A DNA stretch of 64,000 nucleotides from the IMG/VR virus record IMGVR_UViG_3300020190_000004. The stretch is one strand, 5' to 3'. Both the position numbers and the translations under genes were made by a program. Below are positions 19,997 to 30,800 of this stretch, in pieces. This stretch comes from a virus (lineage: Duplodnaviria; Caudoviricetes). How positions within the stretch are numbered: position 1 is the first letter of the stretch; every line of letters begins with the position of its first letter. The notes under the pieces are model-generated. The model worked only from the letters and a program-made list of their open reading frames with translations. It made no database searches and was not told the DNA's origin.

Positions 19997-20712
19997 TATA
20001 CTAATACTGTGGGTGAATAAATGTTGTATAACTTTTCACACATAAGAATCATTGTCTTAACATCCTTTTCACAATATGTTTTAATTCTTTCAGTATTGCC
20101 TTTCCAGTATTCTTTATGTACTTGACTTCCGTCAATATCGTCCTTAGGAGAAGGAACACCCATTCCGTAAGCAGCTTCTTCAAAAGTAACATCTAGATTT
20201 GAAAATGATTTCCACATTTCTTTTAGATCCATGATATTTACTTCCCAGGGTTTTTTCTCATACGTGGATATTGCTTGTGGGATTGTAATTCCGTGCATTA
20301 AGAGCTTTCTTTGCACCCAAGGAACATCAAAGTTTTTGATATTCCAACCTGTTGGAATAAGCCCGCTTGCACCAGCTTTATGAAACAAGTTGGCGATAAG
20401 TTTCATCATTTTATCTTCGTCTTCTTCCATGATAGTGCTAACAGCCATTTCTCCGTTTTTCCAAACTCCATATGATAAGCAAACTATTCGCCCGAACTCT
20501 GGGAAAAGAGATACTTTATCTTGCCAACCTTGCGCCGGATCTCCGTAATTTAATCTGCTACACTTCTTCTCCCAAATGTGAGCACCTTCATGGTCTCTAT
20601 CTAACAGGTTATTGAAGTTCTCATACTTACCGCATGTTTCAATGTCAAAGAATAGCATTGAACTTAATTTTTGCTTGCTGTACATATTTTTTTCATTTGT
20701 TTTTATATTCAT
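19996..20712 (-). CDS. DnaQ-like 3'-5' exonuclease (PolB-exo-like family)
   Basis: ExoI FFDIET, ExoII GWNIKNFDVP and ExoIII YCEKDV motifs. The true start may be MYSKQ (20685), because the first annotated codons overlap a promoter-like motif. Confidence 0.85.
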   Translation of the reverse strand: MNIKTNEKNMYSKQKLSSMLFFDIETCGKYENFNNLLDRDHEGAHIWEKKCSRLNYGDPAQGWQDKVSLFPEFGRIVCLSYGVWKNGEMAVSTIMEEDEDKMMKLIANLFHKAGASGLIPTGWNIKNFDVPWVQRKLLMHGITIPQAISTYEKKPWEVNIMDLKEMWKSFSNLDVTFEEAAYGMGVPSPKDDIDGSQVHKEYWKGNTERIKTYCEKDVKTMILMCEKLYNIYSPTVLV

Positions 20713-20728
20713 TAGAAAAAATTAGTTC
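20701..20728 (-). promoter_or_regulatory. Putative class-2 bipartite promoter GAAC-N14-GAATATAAAA
   Basis: Identical architecture occurs at 61914-61941. Confidence 0.45.
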
Positions 20729-20770
20729 CAGGGCAAGAACTATATTTCAAATCTGAATAAAACTAATAAG

Positions 20771-20798
20771 GAAAATTCCCAAAAGGATAAGTATATAG
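20771..20798 (+). promoter_or_regulatory. Putative class-2 promoter GAAA-N14-AAGTATATAG driving the SET island
   Basis: Lies in the divergent intergenic region upstream of the ATG at 20817 and resembles 63234-63260. Confidence 0.35.
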
Positions 20799-20816
20799 AC
20801 GATTTAAGATAACACT

Positions 20817-21080
20817 ATGAATTTAAACACAAACCAAGAAGACCCAGGTCTTCACATCAATCCCAAAGACTTACCATGGGTAGGTTGCTCAAAAGGAATA
20901 CGAGCATATGAACAAGCTTTTCTTTTTAAGAGATTATCTCCACTATTAAGTCCAACTGGCAAAGAAGAGATGGTACCAGCCGAGATAGTTCTTTGCAAAA
21001 CCTGTGGAAAAGCTCCAAAGTTTATCTGGAGCAAAATACCTGACTTTCCAGAAGAAATGAAATCTGATTGTGAAAAATAG
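20817..21080 (+). CDS. Small hypothetical protein, degenerate zinc-ribbon-like
   Basis: C24, SPLLSPTGKE and CKTCG. First gene of a three-gene plus-strand island. Confidence 0.6.
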   Translation: MNLNTNQEDPGLHINPKDLPWVGCSKGIRAYEQAFLFKRLSPLLSPTGKEEMVPAEIVLCKTCGKAPKFIWSKIPDFPEEMKSDCEK

Positions 21081-21498
21081 TCCTTTCATAGATAAGAGGC
21101 TGGAGCTACGTCAAATACCAGAGATTAATGGTTGGGGTGTATTTACCACTGACCTAATTAAAGAAGGAGAATTGATAGAAATATCTCCCGTGATTCTTAT
21201 ACCTAAAAAATTGATTGATATAGCGATATGGGCATGTCAAGCAGACGGTATACCCAACAAGGATTTGATGCTAGATCAATACACATTACGATGGGGAGAT
21301 AATCTTGCTTGCCCTCTTGGATGGGTTGGCTTATACAATCACAGCGATAACAATAACGCAATGTTTGTTGGGGAACATGAAAAGAATCTAATAGGTATAG
21401 TGACAATTAAAGATATAAACCCTGGTCAGCAAGTTCTTGTCTATTATTCAGACGTTTGGTTTGCGGAAAAAGGGTATATCACAAAGGTAAACCTTTAA
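21070..21498 (+). CDS. SET-domain protein-lysine methyltransferase (copy 1)
   Basis: GWGVF, YNHSD and GQQVLVYY SET motifs. No post-SET cysteines. Confidence 0.9.
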   Translation: MKNSPFIDKRLELRQIPEINGWGVFTTDLIKEGELIEISPVILIPKKLIDIAIWACQADGIPNKDLMLDQYTLRWGDNLACPLGWVGLYNHSDNNNAMFVGEHEKNLIGIVTIKDINPGQQVLVYYSDVWFAEKGYITKVNL

Positions 21499-21920
21499 TG
21501 AAACCTTTTATTGATAGCAGGTTAGAAACTAAATACATGCCCGAGATTAATGGGTGGGGCGTATTCGCAAATAACAACATTGAAGCAAATGTGCTTATCG
21601 AAGTTGCACCTGTTATAGTTTATCCTAGCAGTCCGGTAAATCTTGCATTTTCTATTTGTCAAGCACAAGGAATTTCTATAGAGAATTTTCAAATAGATCA
21701 ATACGTATTAGAGTGGCAAGGCAACTTTGGCTTAATGTTAGGGTGGACTGCTGTATACAATCATAGCGATAACAATAACGTAAGGTTTCTTGCTGACTTT
21801 AAAAATTCTTTTATGACTATTGAAACTTTGCGAGAAATTAACGCAGGTGAACAAGTATTAGTTAGCTATGGAGAAGACTGGTGGAAAAAGAAACCTTACG
21901 TTAAGAAAGTAAATTATTGA
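21498..21920 (+). CDS. SET-domain protein-lysine methyltransferase (copy 2)
   Basis: Start moved to 21498 (TAATG overlap, MKPFIDSRLE aligns with copy 1). GWGVF, YNHSD and GEQVLVSY motifs. Confidence 0.9.
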   Translation: MKPFIDSRLETKYMPEINGWGVFANNNIEANVLIEVAPVIVYPSSPVNLAFSICQAQGISIENFQIDQYVLEWQGNFGLMLGWTAVYNHSDNNNVRFLADFKNSFMTIETLREINAGEQVLVSYGEDWWKKKPYVKKVNY

Positions 21921-22642
21921 TTTCCTTTTTCTTCTTCTTCGTCGAATATCTCGTCTATTTTAATAATAAGAGGGTTTCTTACGATATCAGCTCTTTCGAA
22001 TTCTACTACTCCGATATCATAAACATTAACAAACATTTTAACGATTCTAGCTAACGAGCTGGAACTTTTCTTGTTTAAGTCAATCTGCTTGGTGTCGCCC
22101 ATGATTATCATTTTGGAGCGATCACCAATTCTTGTCATAGTGGATCGCATGTTTTTCATGGTAATGTTTTGTGCTTCATCAACAATAATAAATGTATCAT
22201 CAATAGAACGACCGCGTATATAAGCAAGTGGGGTGATCTCTATTAGTTCATGATGTATAAGTTCATCGGTAAGAGGCTTTCCTATGATCTTGTAAAAGTT
22301 ATCCATAAATGATATCATAATGGGTTCCATTTTTTCTTTAAGAGTACCTTTTAAGAAACCGATGTCTTCTCCTTCAAGAACGGTAACACTTTTAGCAACA
22401 ATGATTTTCTTAAATTCACCTTTTGCTAATAGGCGAAGAGATTCTGCACAAGCAACGTATGTTTTTCCCGTTCCCGCTGGGCCAGCGCATATAATGATCT
22501 GATTATGATTTATCTGTTTAGCAAATTTCTTTTGATTCTCGGTCTTACATCTTAAAGAGATATCCAAACGAGTAAGTAACCTCTGTTGTGGAGTTAACGA
22601 ATCATATATTTCGTTGTTTGATGTTGATCTCCTTTTAGCCAT
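21914..22642 (-). CDS. phoH: PhoH-family ATPase
   Basis: GPAGTGKT (Walker A), GFLKG, AYIRGRSI, DEAQN, GDTKQID and IVRNP motifs. Confidence 0.95.
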   Translation of the reverse strand: MAKRRSTSNNEIYDSLTPQQRLLTRLDISLRCKTENQKKFAKQINHNQIIICAGPAGTGKTYVACAESLRLLAKGEFKKIIVAKSVTVLEGEDIGFLKGTLKEKMEPIMISFMDNFYKIIGKPLTDELIHHELIEITPLAYIRGRSIDDTFIIVDEAQNITMKNMRSTMTRIGDRSKMIIMGDTKQIDLNKKSSSSLARIVKMFVNVYDIGVVEFERADIVRNPLIIKIDEIFDEEEEKGNQ

Positions 22643-22654
22643 ATAATTTGTTTT

Positions 22655-22909
22655 TTACCACTTTTCTCCTGGGCATCTACATTCTACACACAGCACCTTT
22701 TTGTCGATTTGACATCCGCAACCATTGAAGAAATCTCCATTAGGTTTAATACCGTGTTTTTCTGTGGAACATATTAAACCTTGCCGAAGTGGGCAAGTTG
22801 CGCAGATTGACATTCTAGATTCTCCAAGCACTTTAATCTCGGGATCTAATAAATTTACTGCATTAAGAAAGCTGTTGAACCAACCTTCTGCTATGTGTTT
22901 AAGAGCCAT
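22655..22909 (-). CDS. Cys-rich small protein, putative metal-binding
   Basis: CATCP..CS..GCGC..KK..C.EC.CP..KW pattern. Confidence 0.6.
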   Translation of the reverse strand: MALKHIAEGWFNSFLNAVNLLDPEIKVLGESRMSICATCPLRQGLICSTEKHGIKPNGDFFNGCGCQIDKKVLCVECRCPGEKW

Positions 22910-22912
22910 GTG

Positions 22913-23497
22913 TTATACTTTAACTGTTTGTACTTTAACATCTTTTTCCGTTTCAATCTCCTTAGCAAGAGCTAAGTTATCGTCATTATCATCAAAGAAT
23001 ATGAAATCATTATATCCTTCTTCTACAAAGCGATGAATAGCTTCTTTCTTCTTTTCCGCGATATTTCCCTTAAAGCCATACTTAGGATCATTTACAGCAA
23101 TAACTAAATCGGTGTGAATGTCGATGCCATTCTCCAGGAAAAAATTGCGAATTAGAGAAGAGCTTGACCTTGCGGTAACTATTGATACATGTATGCCGCT
23201 GTTGTAAAATTTTAGAAGTTCGTCCATGACGTGAGTAATGAAAGTACTCTTTCTAAGGATATCAGCATCTTCAAACTCTTCAAAAGATAGCGTTTGCTTT
23301 GGGTTTGTATGAACAAAGTGATTAAACTCAGCGGGTGTCATTTCCTTTAGAACTCGACCTTTTTTAGGGTCAAGAACTTTAATCTTTGCCGCTGAAATTA
23401 TGAGGGTGTCATCAAGGTCAAAAATCGCTAACTTCTCTGCACGACTACCTTTAATCGTTGCCTCTTTTAGAACTTTACGTATTCTTCTGTTGACCAT
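22913..23497 (-). CDS. HAD-superfamily phosphatase
   Basis: Motif I IFDLDDTL, motif II IVTAR, Lys in EKKK and motif IV FFDDNDDN. Confidence 0.85.
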   Translation of the reverse strand: MVNRRIRKVLKEATIKGSRAEKLAIFDLDDTLIISAAKIKVLDPKKGRVLKEMTPAEFNHFVHTNPKQTLSFEEFEDADILRKSTFITHVMDELLKFYNSGIHVSIVTARSSSSLIRNFFLENGIDIHTDLVIAVNDPKYGFKGNIAEKKKEAIHRFVEEGYNDFIFFDDNDDNLALAKEIETEKDVKVQTVKV

Positions 23498-24831
23498 TCT
23501 GTGTATAGTTTATTTATCTCGTCGTAAATTGCGGATACTGAAAAGGCCCAAGTAGTACCTGACGAGAATGAACCCCAATAATTTGGGTCTGCATAAAAAC
23601 GAGCTCTTTCTTGTGTCTTTTTAGGAAAAGCAATTACTTTACCTGTATAAGAACCACCACTTGACTTAAGAATACCATCGTGTGTTTTAATCTTAGTATT
23701 AAGAATAGAACTTCTCCATGCAGGTGTTATGTTAATTAAACCACCGTCAGCTCTTCTTACGTCTAACCTAAGATAACGACCATTACCAGGAACAGGAAAT
23801 GTTTTATTGTCTACATAAAAATCGCTGGTACCTAAAAGAACGGGCAGTCCGTCAATGTAAGAAAACAAATACGGAGCAGGCCACGTCGGATTTCCGTTAG
23901 GATATTGAGCTATTGTTTTTTGTGAATAAACATATATTTGATTAGTACCTACTGTTGCATCATAAACTGTAAATTCATTAATAGTTAAATTGCCATCAAT
24001 GTCGGGTATCATAGACGCTAATCCACCAGTTCCTGTTCCTTTTATGTCAAGCAGTTTTGGGCCGGCTATATTGCCTGCTGTTCTATTTATCTTAATTGTT
24101 GTGATTCCACCACCACCAACAAAAGGTGTTAAAGAAATATCAGGGTTCTGATCTAAACCCGTCACATTATACACAAAGTAATTGGTTGGGTCAGAAACAT
24201 CTCTGGCCATGATTCTATACTTTCGGCTCTCCTGATTAACGTCATCCCAGTAAAAATATAAGTCACCTGTATTTCTGTCGTGCGAAACGCTTAGGTTAAT
24301 TGGTGGAACAGCATTATTAAAAGTGCTTAGGTCTTGGAACAGTCGCCGGTTCCAAGCAAACACATCTCCTGATTCCATATCTAAAGGCTGACCTTGCGTA
24401 ATTACACAAGTTAATGTATATGTGTAGCTATAAGTACTGCCAGCGATTGTAAATGATATGTCAGTAACTTTTGCGATATATCCTCTAACCCAATCGTGTG
24501 TAGAACTCTTAACTACAAAAGTATCACCGTCTTTAATTATGTTTGATCCGTAAAGTCCAGGATTCGTAGCTGAAGTTTCTAGCGTGGCATCATACTCAAC
24601 GATAAAAGTAAAAGTACTTAATTCGCCAGTTACACTTATTTGAGAAGTTGGTGCTGTAAGAAGAGAAGCTTCATACGAAACGCTATAGTCATCTGCGCTT
24701 GTGAGTTCAGATGTAAAAATCTTTCCTTGCAATTCTCCGCTAGGAACGTTACCATCTTCTATAGACGGAGATCTTAAGACCTGGTCTTGAAAGTTTGAGT
24801 AAATCTCGGGTGCATTATTACGAATTCTCAT
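23467..24831 (-). CDS. Putative virion structural protein with FN3-like segment, 454 aa
   Basis: PPINLSVS...YFYWDDVN..SRKYRI. Overlaps the gp7-like gene by 14 nt. Confidence 0.5.
   Translation of the reverse strand: MRIRNNAPEIYSNFQDQVLRSPSIEDGNVPSGELQGKIFTSELTSADDYSVSYEASLLTAPTSQISVTGELSTFTFIVEYDATLETSATNPGLYGSNIIKDGDTFVVKSSTHDWVRGYIAKVTDISFTIAGSTYSYTYTLTCVITQGQPLDMESGDVFAWNRRLFQDLSTFNNAVPPINLSVSHDRNTGDLYFYWDDVNQESRKYRIMARDVSDPTNYFVYNVTGLDQNPDISLTPFVGGGGITTIKINRTAGNIAGPKLLDIKGTGTGGLASMIPDIDGNLTINEFTVYDATVGTNQIYVYSQKTIAQYPNGNPTWPAPYLFSYIDGLPVLLGTSDFYVDNKTFPVPGNGRYLRLDVRRADGGLINITPAWRSSILNTKIKTHDGILKSSGGSYTGKVIAFPKKTQERARFYADPNYWGSFSSGTTWAFSVSAIYDEINKLYTEWSTEEYVKF
23510..23518 (-). promoter_or_regulatory. 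Putative late promoter variant GATAAATAA
   Basis: Just upstream of the ATG at 23497, inside the end of the upstream ORF. Resembles T4 TATAAATA. Confidence 0.35.
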
Positions 24832-27800
24832 AGATGGTTAAAAAGTCATTTCTTGTGTAATTCTTCTTATTGCCATTGGTATCAGTAATTTCTAATTCTA
24901 ACGTAAATTTGCCAGGACGATCAAATGTAAACATCATTTCAGAATCAGTCAATTCTACCAAGGTACTATTTTCATTGGAAAGTTTCCAATAGAAACTAGT
25001 TTTTCCAGCAATTCTACTAGCATCAGAAGAAAAATAAACTGTAGTCCCGGAGGGTAATTTAACTGGTTCAATTCCAATGTAGGTATCCTCCCATCGCCAA
25101 GCACCTCCTATCGCAGATTCATACGGCAAACGATTTGATTGAGCTTCTGCTACTAAATCATTGTCCCAAACAGGCAACGCCGGCGGTGGCGGATTCATAG
25201 TAAAACTGTATTGAAGTGGTAAGTCAGCAGCAGGATACCAGCCTCCTGGCAAGGAAAGAGGGTTAAGACCTTCATGTTGATAAATTTGATAGTATCTGCT
25301 TGTCATTAAGAATTCTTTTAGTCCTCCTTCAAACGCGCCTACAAGCCCTGGTCCGTAACCAAAGTGTTTTGCCACATTTTTTAGAGGGTATGTGTGACAA
25401 ATCGGAGTGTTTACGAGGTTAAGCGGGTCTTCAAAACTAATACCGTTTTGACCTATTAACCAGCCTAAATGGTCAGTAGAAGGAGTTGCTGCAACCGCGT
25501 GTATTTTTAAGTTAGTGGCATTTTGGAAAACTAATGTAAAGTCAACTTGTTCATTTGAAAACCACTCCACATCAAATGAACAATTAACCTGAGTTACAGT
25601 TGAAGCAATGTCAAGTTTAAGAGTATTAACACTGCCTTGATAAGAATTGATTTCAACGATTCTTGCGGGAAAAGCTGGCGAAGTAGGCAACCCCGGTCCA
25701 GATATTATCTCTCCTACGTATATTTCATTTTCGTTAAGGCCAGTAATCTTGGATATTATAGCTGACCCGTTTTTAAGATTGCCTACAAAACTAAGTTTCT
25801 TAGGTAACGGGTTAACCATTTTAATATCATTGGGTGTAACACCTATAAAAGGATATGTTTGAATTTCAGCAGCAGGGCCAGTAAATTCGGAGATGATCAC
25901 ATCTCCCGCAGAAGGTGAGGTTACTACTGTAGGTTGAATAATTAAATCAGGGTGATCATATGTGTTTAAGGTTCCAGTAATTTTTTCTTTGTCTACATTT
26001 TCTTCACCGAGCAATTCATATTCGAATCTAGATAACCCAGGGTTGTCTGTTGCTCGTAATTCATAAAGAGCTTGAGAAAATTTTTCTCCATTAGACATAC
26101 CACCAACTATGCCCTGAAAATAAAACGTAGGATCATTATTAAATTGGATGTTTCCATTTTGGTCAACACCCGTGATTGTAAAATCACATGCAATTCTTTC
26201 TTGAAAGTCTAAAGTATCCCATGTATGATAGTAAGATTCTTTCCATGTAACAGATCTGTAATTTTGCCATTGTTGAACAAGCGTCCCAATTCTTCTTTCA
26301 GCAAAGTCTTCATCAAACTTTCTTTGCATTACATAGAAAGAAGAAGAACTTCTTAATAGCTCGGATTCTTCATCGTCAAGGGTGAGTATTGTGCCAAGTC
26401 CGTTTCTCCAGTAACCTGTATTAGTTACAAGAAGGCTGTAATCGCCAGAAACAATACCGTGATCGTAATACCAACCTTCGCCAGTTGTGGTGACAGCAAA
26501 TTCTGCCGCAAGGGCGCTATTAAAGTCTCCACTTGACGGGTACATGTTAAAGTCCATAAAAATTTCAGCGTTAGGGCCAGAATTCTGAAAAAGATAAGAT
26601 CTAGTTGGAAACTCGTTATACTCATACTCTAACCAAATACTTGAACCAGCGGCTTGTGTAGCTGCTAGATGTGCTGTGAGTCCGTTGATGCTCCCTCCAT
26701 CAAGAGCAACAAAATCGATTACGTGTACTCCGTCATATCCAGGAGGTAAACCGCCCCAAATATCGAAAGGGTGACCTGTGTTGCTTGTGTCAAAGAATAC
26801 ATGTGTCGTTCTTAACCGCTGTTCATATGAATTACCGCTAACAGGGTCTATCAGGTAGATTGATATGACAGAAAAACCGGGAGTAAGTTCTCCAGTTGGA
26901 TTGGCTGGCAAACAACCCGGAACACCTGGACCTGCTGTTGCGCTTAATATGTAAAGTTTTCCAATATGATCGTTTACGAGAGGGTCGTTTGATACACTTG
27001 GTTCTATAACCCAAGTAGAATTTACAGGGTTAGTGTCCCAATTTAGATTACCGTTTGCTACATCAGTGCCTCTATACTGGTATATCATTCCTAACTCACC
27101 GCCCTTGGAATAAACTGGATCTGAAGCACCACCGTCAATGGTGATACTATTAGGCTGACCTGGTAAAGGAAGCGTGTCTTTGTTTATGATCTGCTTACGG
27201 AATCTTACAGGTATCTCATCATGACCAAAAAGTCTAATATAATCACCAATAACTATTCCAGTGGGGTTTGTAACAGCATTATAGATTTGATTGCCATCAA
27301 GAACAATGGTTCCTCCAATTTCTCTTAACACTTGCCATGTAGTAGGGCTGTTGGTAAAAGCAGATGGAGGCGTACTTGTAAGTTCAATTTCAGTTTGACC
27401 TGGTGTTGCATAATTTGCATTCAGGACTTCTAGCTGATATGTAACATCATCACGTCTAATGAATACCCAATCATTAGGGTTAATTGCAGGTTCTATTTCC
27501 GGGTAAGGTCTTTGACCGGAAACGATTATTGTTGGGTTAAGCGTAGAAGGAGTAGTAGTAGAATCAGTATAAGAAATAACTGCACCTTCGACATTATCTT
27601 CAGGCGAAACCTGAATAACTTCGATAGGTAACTTTATAGGGTAGTTATATTTGTTTACACCATCTAAGTTTCCAGTCTCTAAACTATCCCATCTTACTTG
27701 AGAAGAATCCCACGTCGTCATGGTGAATATGGGATTCACCCAGCGCCCAAATGCGTTTTCCCATGTGTAGCGAATATCATCCGGTATAACAGGCTGAAGA

Positions 27801-30800
27801 TCAACAGGATTAGGTTCGAACTCCGGTATAGGTGCCTGGTAATAACCCTCCCAGCTATCTTCATAGCCATTAGCGTATTTTGCTACATAAGCATAAGTAG
27901 CTTCTGGGAGTATTACGTCGATAAAGTTATTCTTTATCTCATTTATGAAGTTGTTATCTGTATCATAAGCAATCATTTCAACTGTGTACTTACCTACATA
28001 TGGAAGTATAAGTTGGTGATTGATTAAATCGTCTATAGGTTTAATTCCTGAGACATAATTGAACTGATGAATAGGATTTTCTGGTGCAGTCAGAGTAACT
28101 TTCCATTCCATCTGATAGAAATCACCTCTACCTAATTCATCCCATGTATATAAGTTTCCAACATGCCCACCTTTAGGTGAAATAGTTGGTACTGAAGTAT
28201 AACCAATGCCTGGGTTAGTAACACTTACACCTTCGTGAATTTCAATTTCATCACCAGCAACAGTAGTAATCACAACCGGAGAACCATCGAACTTAGAAAG
28301 AACAACTTGTGAAAAAGGTTGGATCACGCCACTTACAATCGTGCCTTCAGGAATGCCTGGACCTTTTATTATTCTGTTTGGGCTAACAGCGTTGCTACCA
28401 ACAACAGGCAACAATGGAGTCAAGTCTAAAACGTTTCCTGCAACAGCAGTTACGGTAAAGTTGAGAATTTTTAGTTGTCCGTTTCTTAATTCAGCGGGCG
28501 CAGATAAACCGCAGACTTCGCCGCCAGTTCCGTCTCCACCTCCTACAACAAAAGTTGGGGCATATCTATAAACGTTGCCAGGACTAACTATTTCAACGGC
28601 CAGCAACTGTCCAGAACCTAAAGGCAATTCACTCACATATCCTTTAAGTACTGCATCGCTTCCTCCACCAAGTGAGTTCCATGTGTATGGGACTTCGTTC
28701 CATGTAATGTCAAACTGAGTTTTTAAGTCAAGAGGTGCACCCACAGGTGAACCTGCAACATTAATAAAGCCAAAGATTGGTGCGTTATCATTAAGATAGC
28801 CAATCGGCGAATTATTCACTGTTACCAGGTCTAAGTTGATAGAAGAACCTATATTTGGTAAAATGTCAACAGTTGGTATGTTGCTATACTTTAAGCCTTT
28901 TGTAGTAAAACCAATGCTTTCGATTTCGAAAGGAATGTCTGTTGATAAGCAATTAAAACCTTGAGCTGATGCAGTTACGTACTGTGTTCCTGAGATTCTA
29001 AAAACGCTTGCCTGAAAAAACCCTGCTGTAGGTAAGGCGGAATAATTAGAACCTTGGTGCAATCCTGCTTGAATCGCAAAGTTGGTCACTTCTCCGTTAG
29101 GGCCTACAACATTAACCGTGATTCTTATCGGCACTTCATATACACCACCGCTTAACGTAATGACATCTCCAGGCTGATAACCCGTACCACTTGGTGTAAG
29201 TGGAGCAATGATTCCTAAAGAATATGCACGCATCTTTGCGTACCCGGTTGCTTGCTGGTATGCTTGTCCGGGAAAAGATACTTGAGGTATTTCACCCCAG
29301 TAAGGTCCACCTGAAGTTGCAATAAGCGCACCGTTTATGTTATACTTATTTGTATATTCTTCTAATAAATCAAAGTATGGCGGCGAAGGCAGAGTTTCAT
29401 CTGAATCAAAAGAAATAGTACTTTCTATTTCAATCGATTTCTTTTCAGCATCAAAGTCGATCTGACGAGTAAGATCTACATTAAAGTAATTACTTGGATC
29501 ATTCCAAGAATTTATTGAGTATCTATCATAATAAACACCTTCACCTGTAATATCAACTATTTTTGAGTTAAGAGGCAAGAATTTTTCTTTTAAGTATCTC
29601 TTTAATGCAAATAGTTTAACTAAGACTTCTTCGTTAGTATAATCAAAAGCATCTTGCGTAAGAGGCACGCCAAATGTATCAAATACACCTTTATCTTTTA
29701 TGATGTCATAAAATAAACCAAATCTACTAGTTTTCTTATAGTGTTTACTAGGTACTAAAGAAATTTCTTTCTTGGTGTCGCCTTTTGTGTCTAGTTGAAA
29801 AGGAATTTGTACTTGCCTGTACTTACCAAAATACTCGTCATCTTGGTTAACATTTAAGAAGTATTCTTTAACACGAATGTCATAATAACCAAACCAGTTA
29901 AGTATGTTAACCAATCCTTTATAAGATCCTACATAGGGCCAGATATTGTTGCCTTCAAGCAACATTTCTTTTCTCTTGGCGTTAAGAAGCAAGTTATCTG
30001 TTAAATCTTCGTTTATATCAGATTTTCTGAGTATGAGCTCTTGTTCGTAATCAACATCACGACCAAAGTTTTGTAGAAGCAAGCCTAATCTTTCATCTTC
30101 TGCGACGGTTTCTCCTTCATATAGACCAAGAAAGATTCTTATAGGTGTTTCATAAGTAACATCATCAATGTTAATCTGCGCCGCGTAAACACCTTCAATA
30201 TCAGATCTTAAACCAATGTTAAGAGCAAAGGCTTCTTGTGGAATTCTTTGATGAACAGTTCTTTGATAAGTAGAATTCCCTATTGGAAATGTATCAGGCG
30301 CCGCACTTTCTTGTGGGTCATTAAACTCAAAGAAAAAATCATTTATTTTTTCTACTGTTGGGTAATCTTCATTGTAGACTACGTCAAACAAGAAAAATTC
30401 TTTATCACTATTCTCTTCTATGTATGCACGATATATTGGAATAACTCCAAATTTCATTGTACCCGTTGAAGTAGTAGGAATAATCTGAGCAGATTCAAAG
30501 GTAAGTTCGGTTGGAGAAACTTTTACCAAATCATGTCTTCCGTCTAATGAAGTAGATCCAAACGTATCAAAAATGCGTATAGTATTACCTACGCGTAGAT
30601 TATGAGGCTTAAAAAACTCTAATGTTACATTACCAGCTGATAAATCCGTACTGATAGTTACTGTGTTGTACGTTGTGTCTATTTCTGTTATAAAAGAGGG
30701 TTGGGTCAAGACTCCACCAGTTACAAACATTCCAATCTCAAGAGTAGATATTATTCCAGGAGGGATTCCCCATATTTTACTGAGTTTTGAGGCCAAAACA

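Noticed and set aside
19160-21920. Eukaryotic or NCLDV origin suggested by the NEIL1-like and SET genes
   Set aside because: They are flanked by T4-like neck/baseplate genes, PhoH, an endolysin and coupled operons. No introns or NCLDV core genes were seen.
22913-23497. HAD N-terminus MVNRRIRKVLKEA as another capsid-targeting leader
   Set aside because: It has a plausible LxE site but lacks the F-E-x-F core, so it was not counted in the tagged set.
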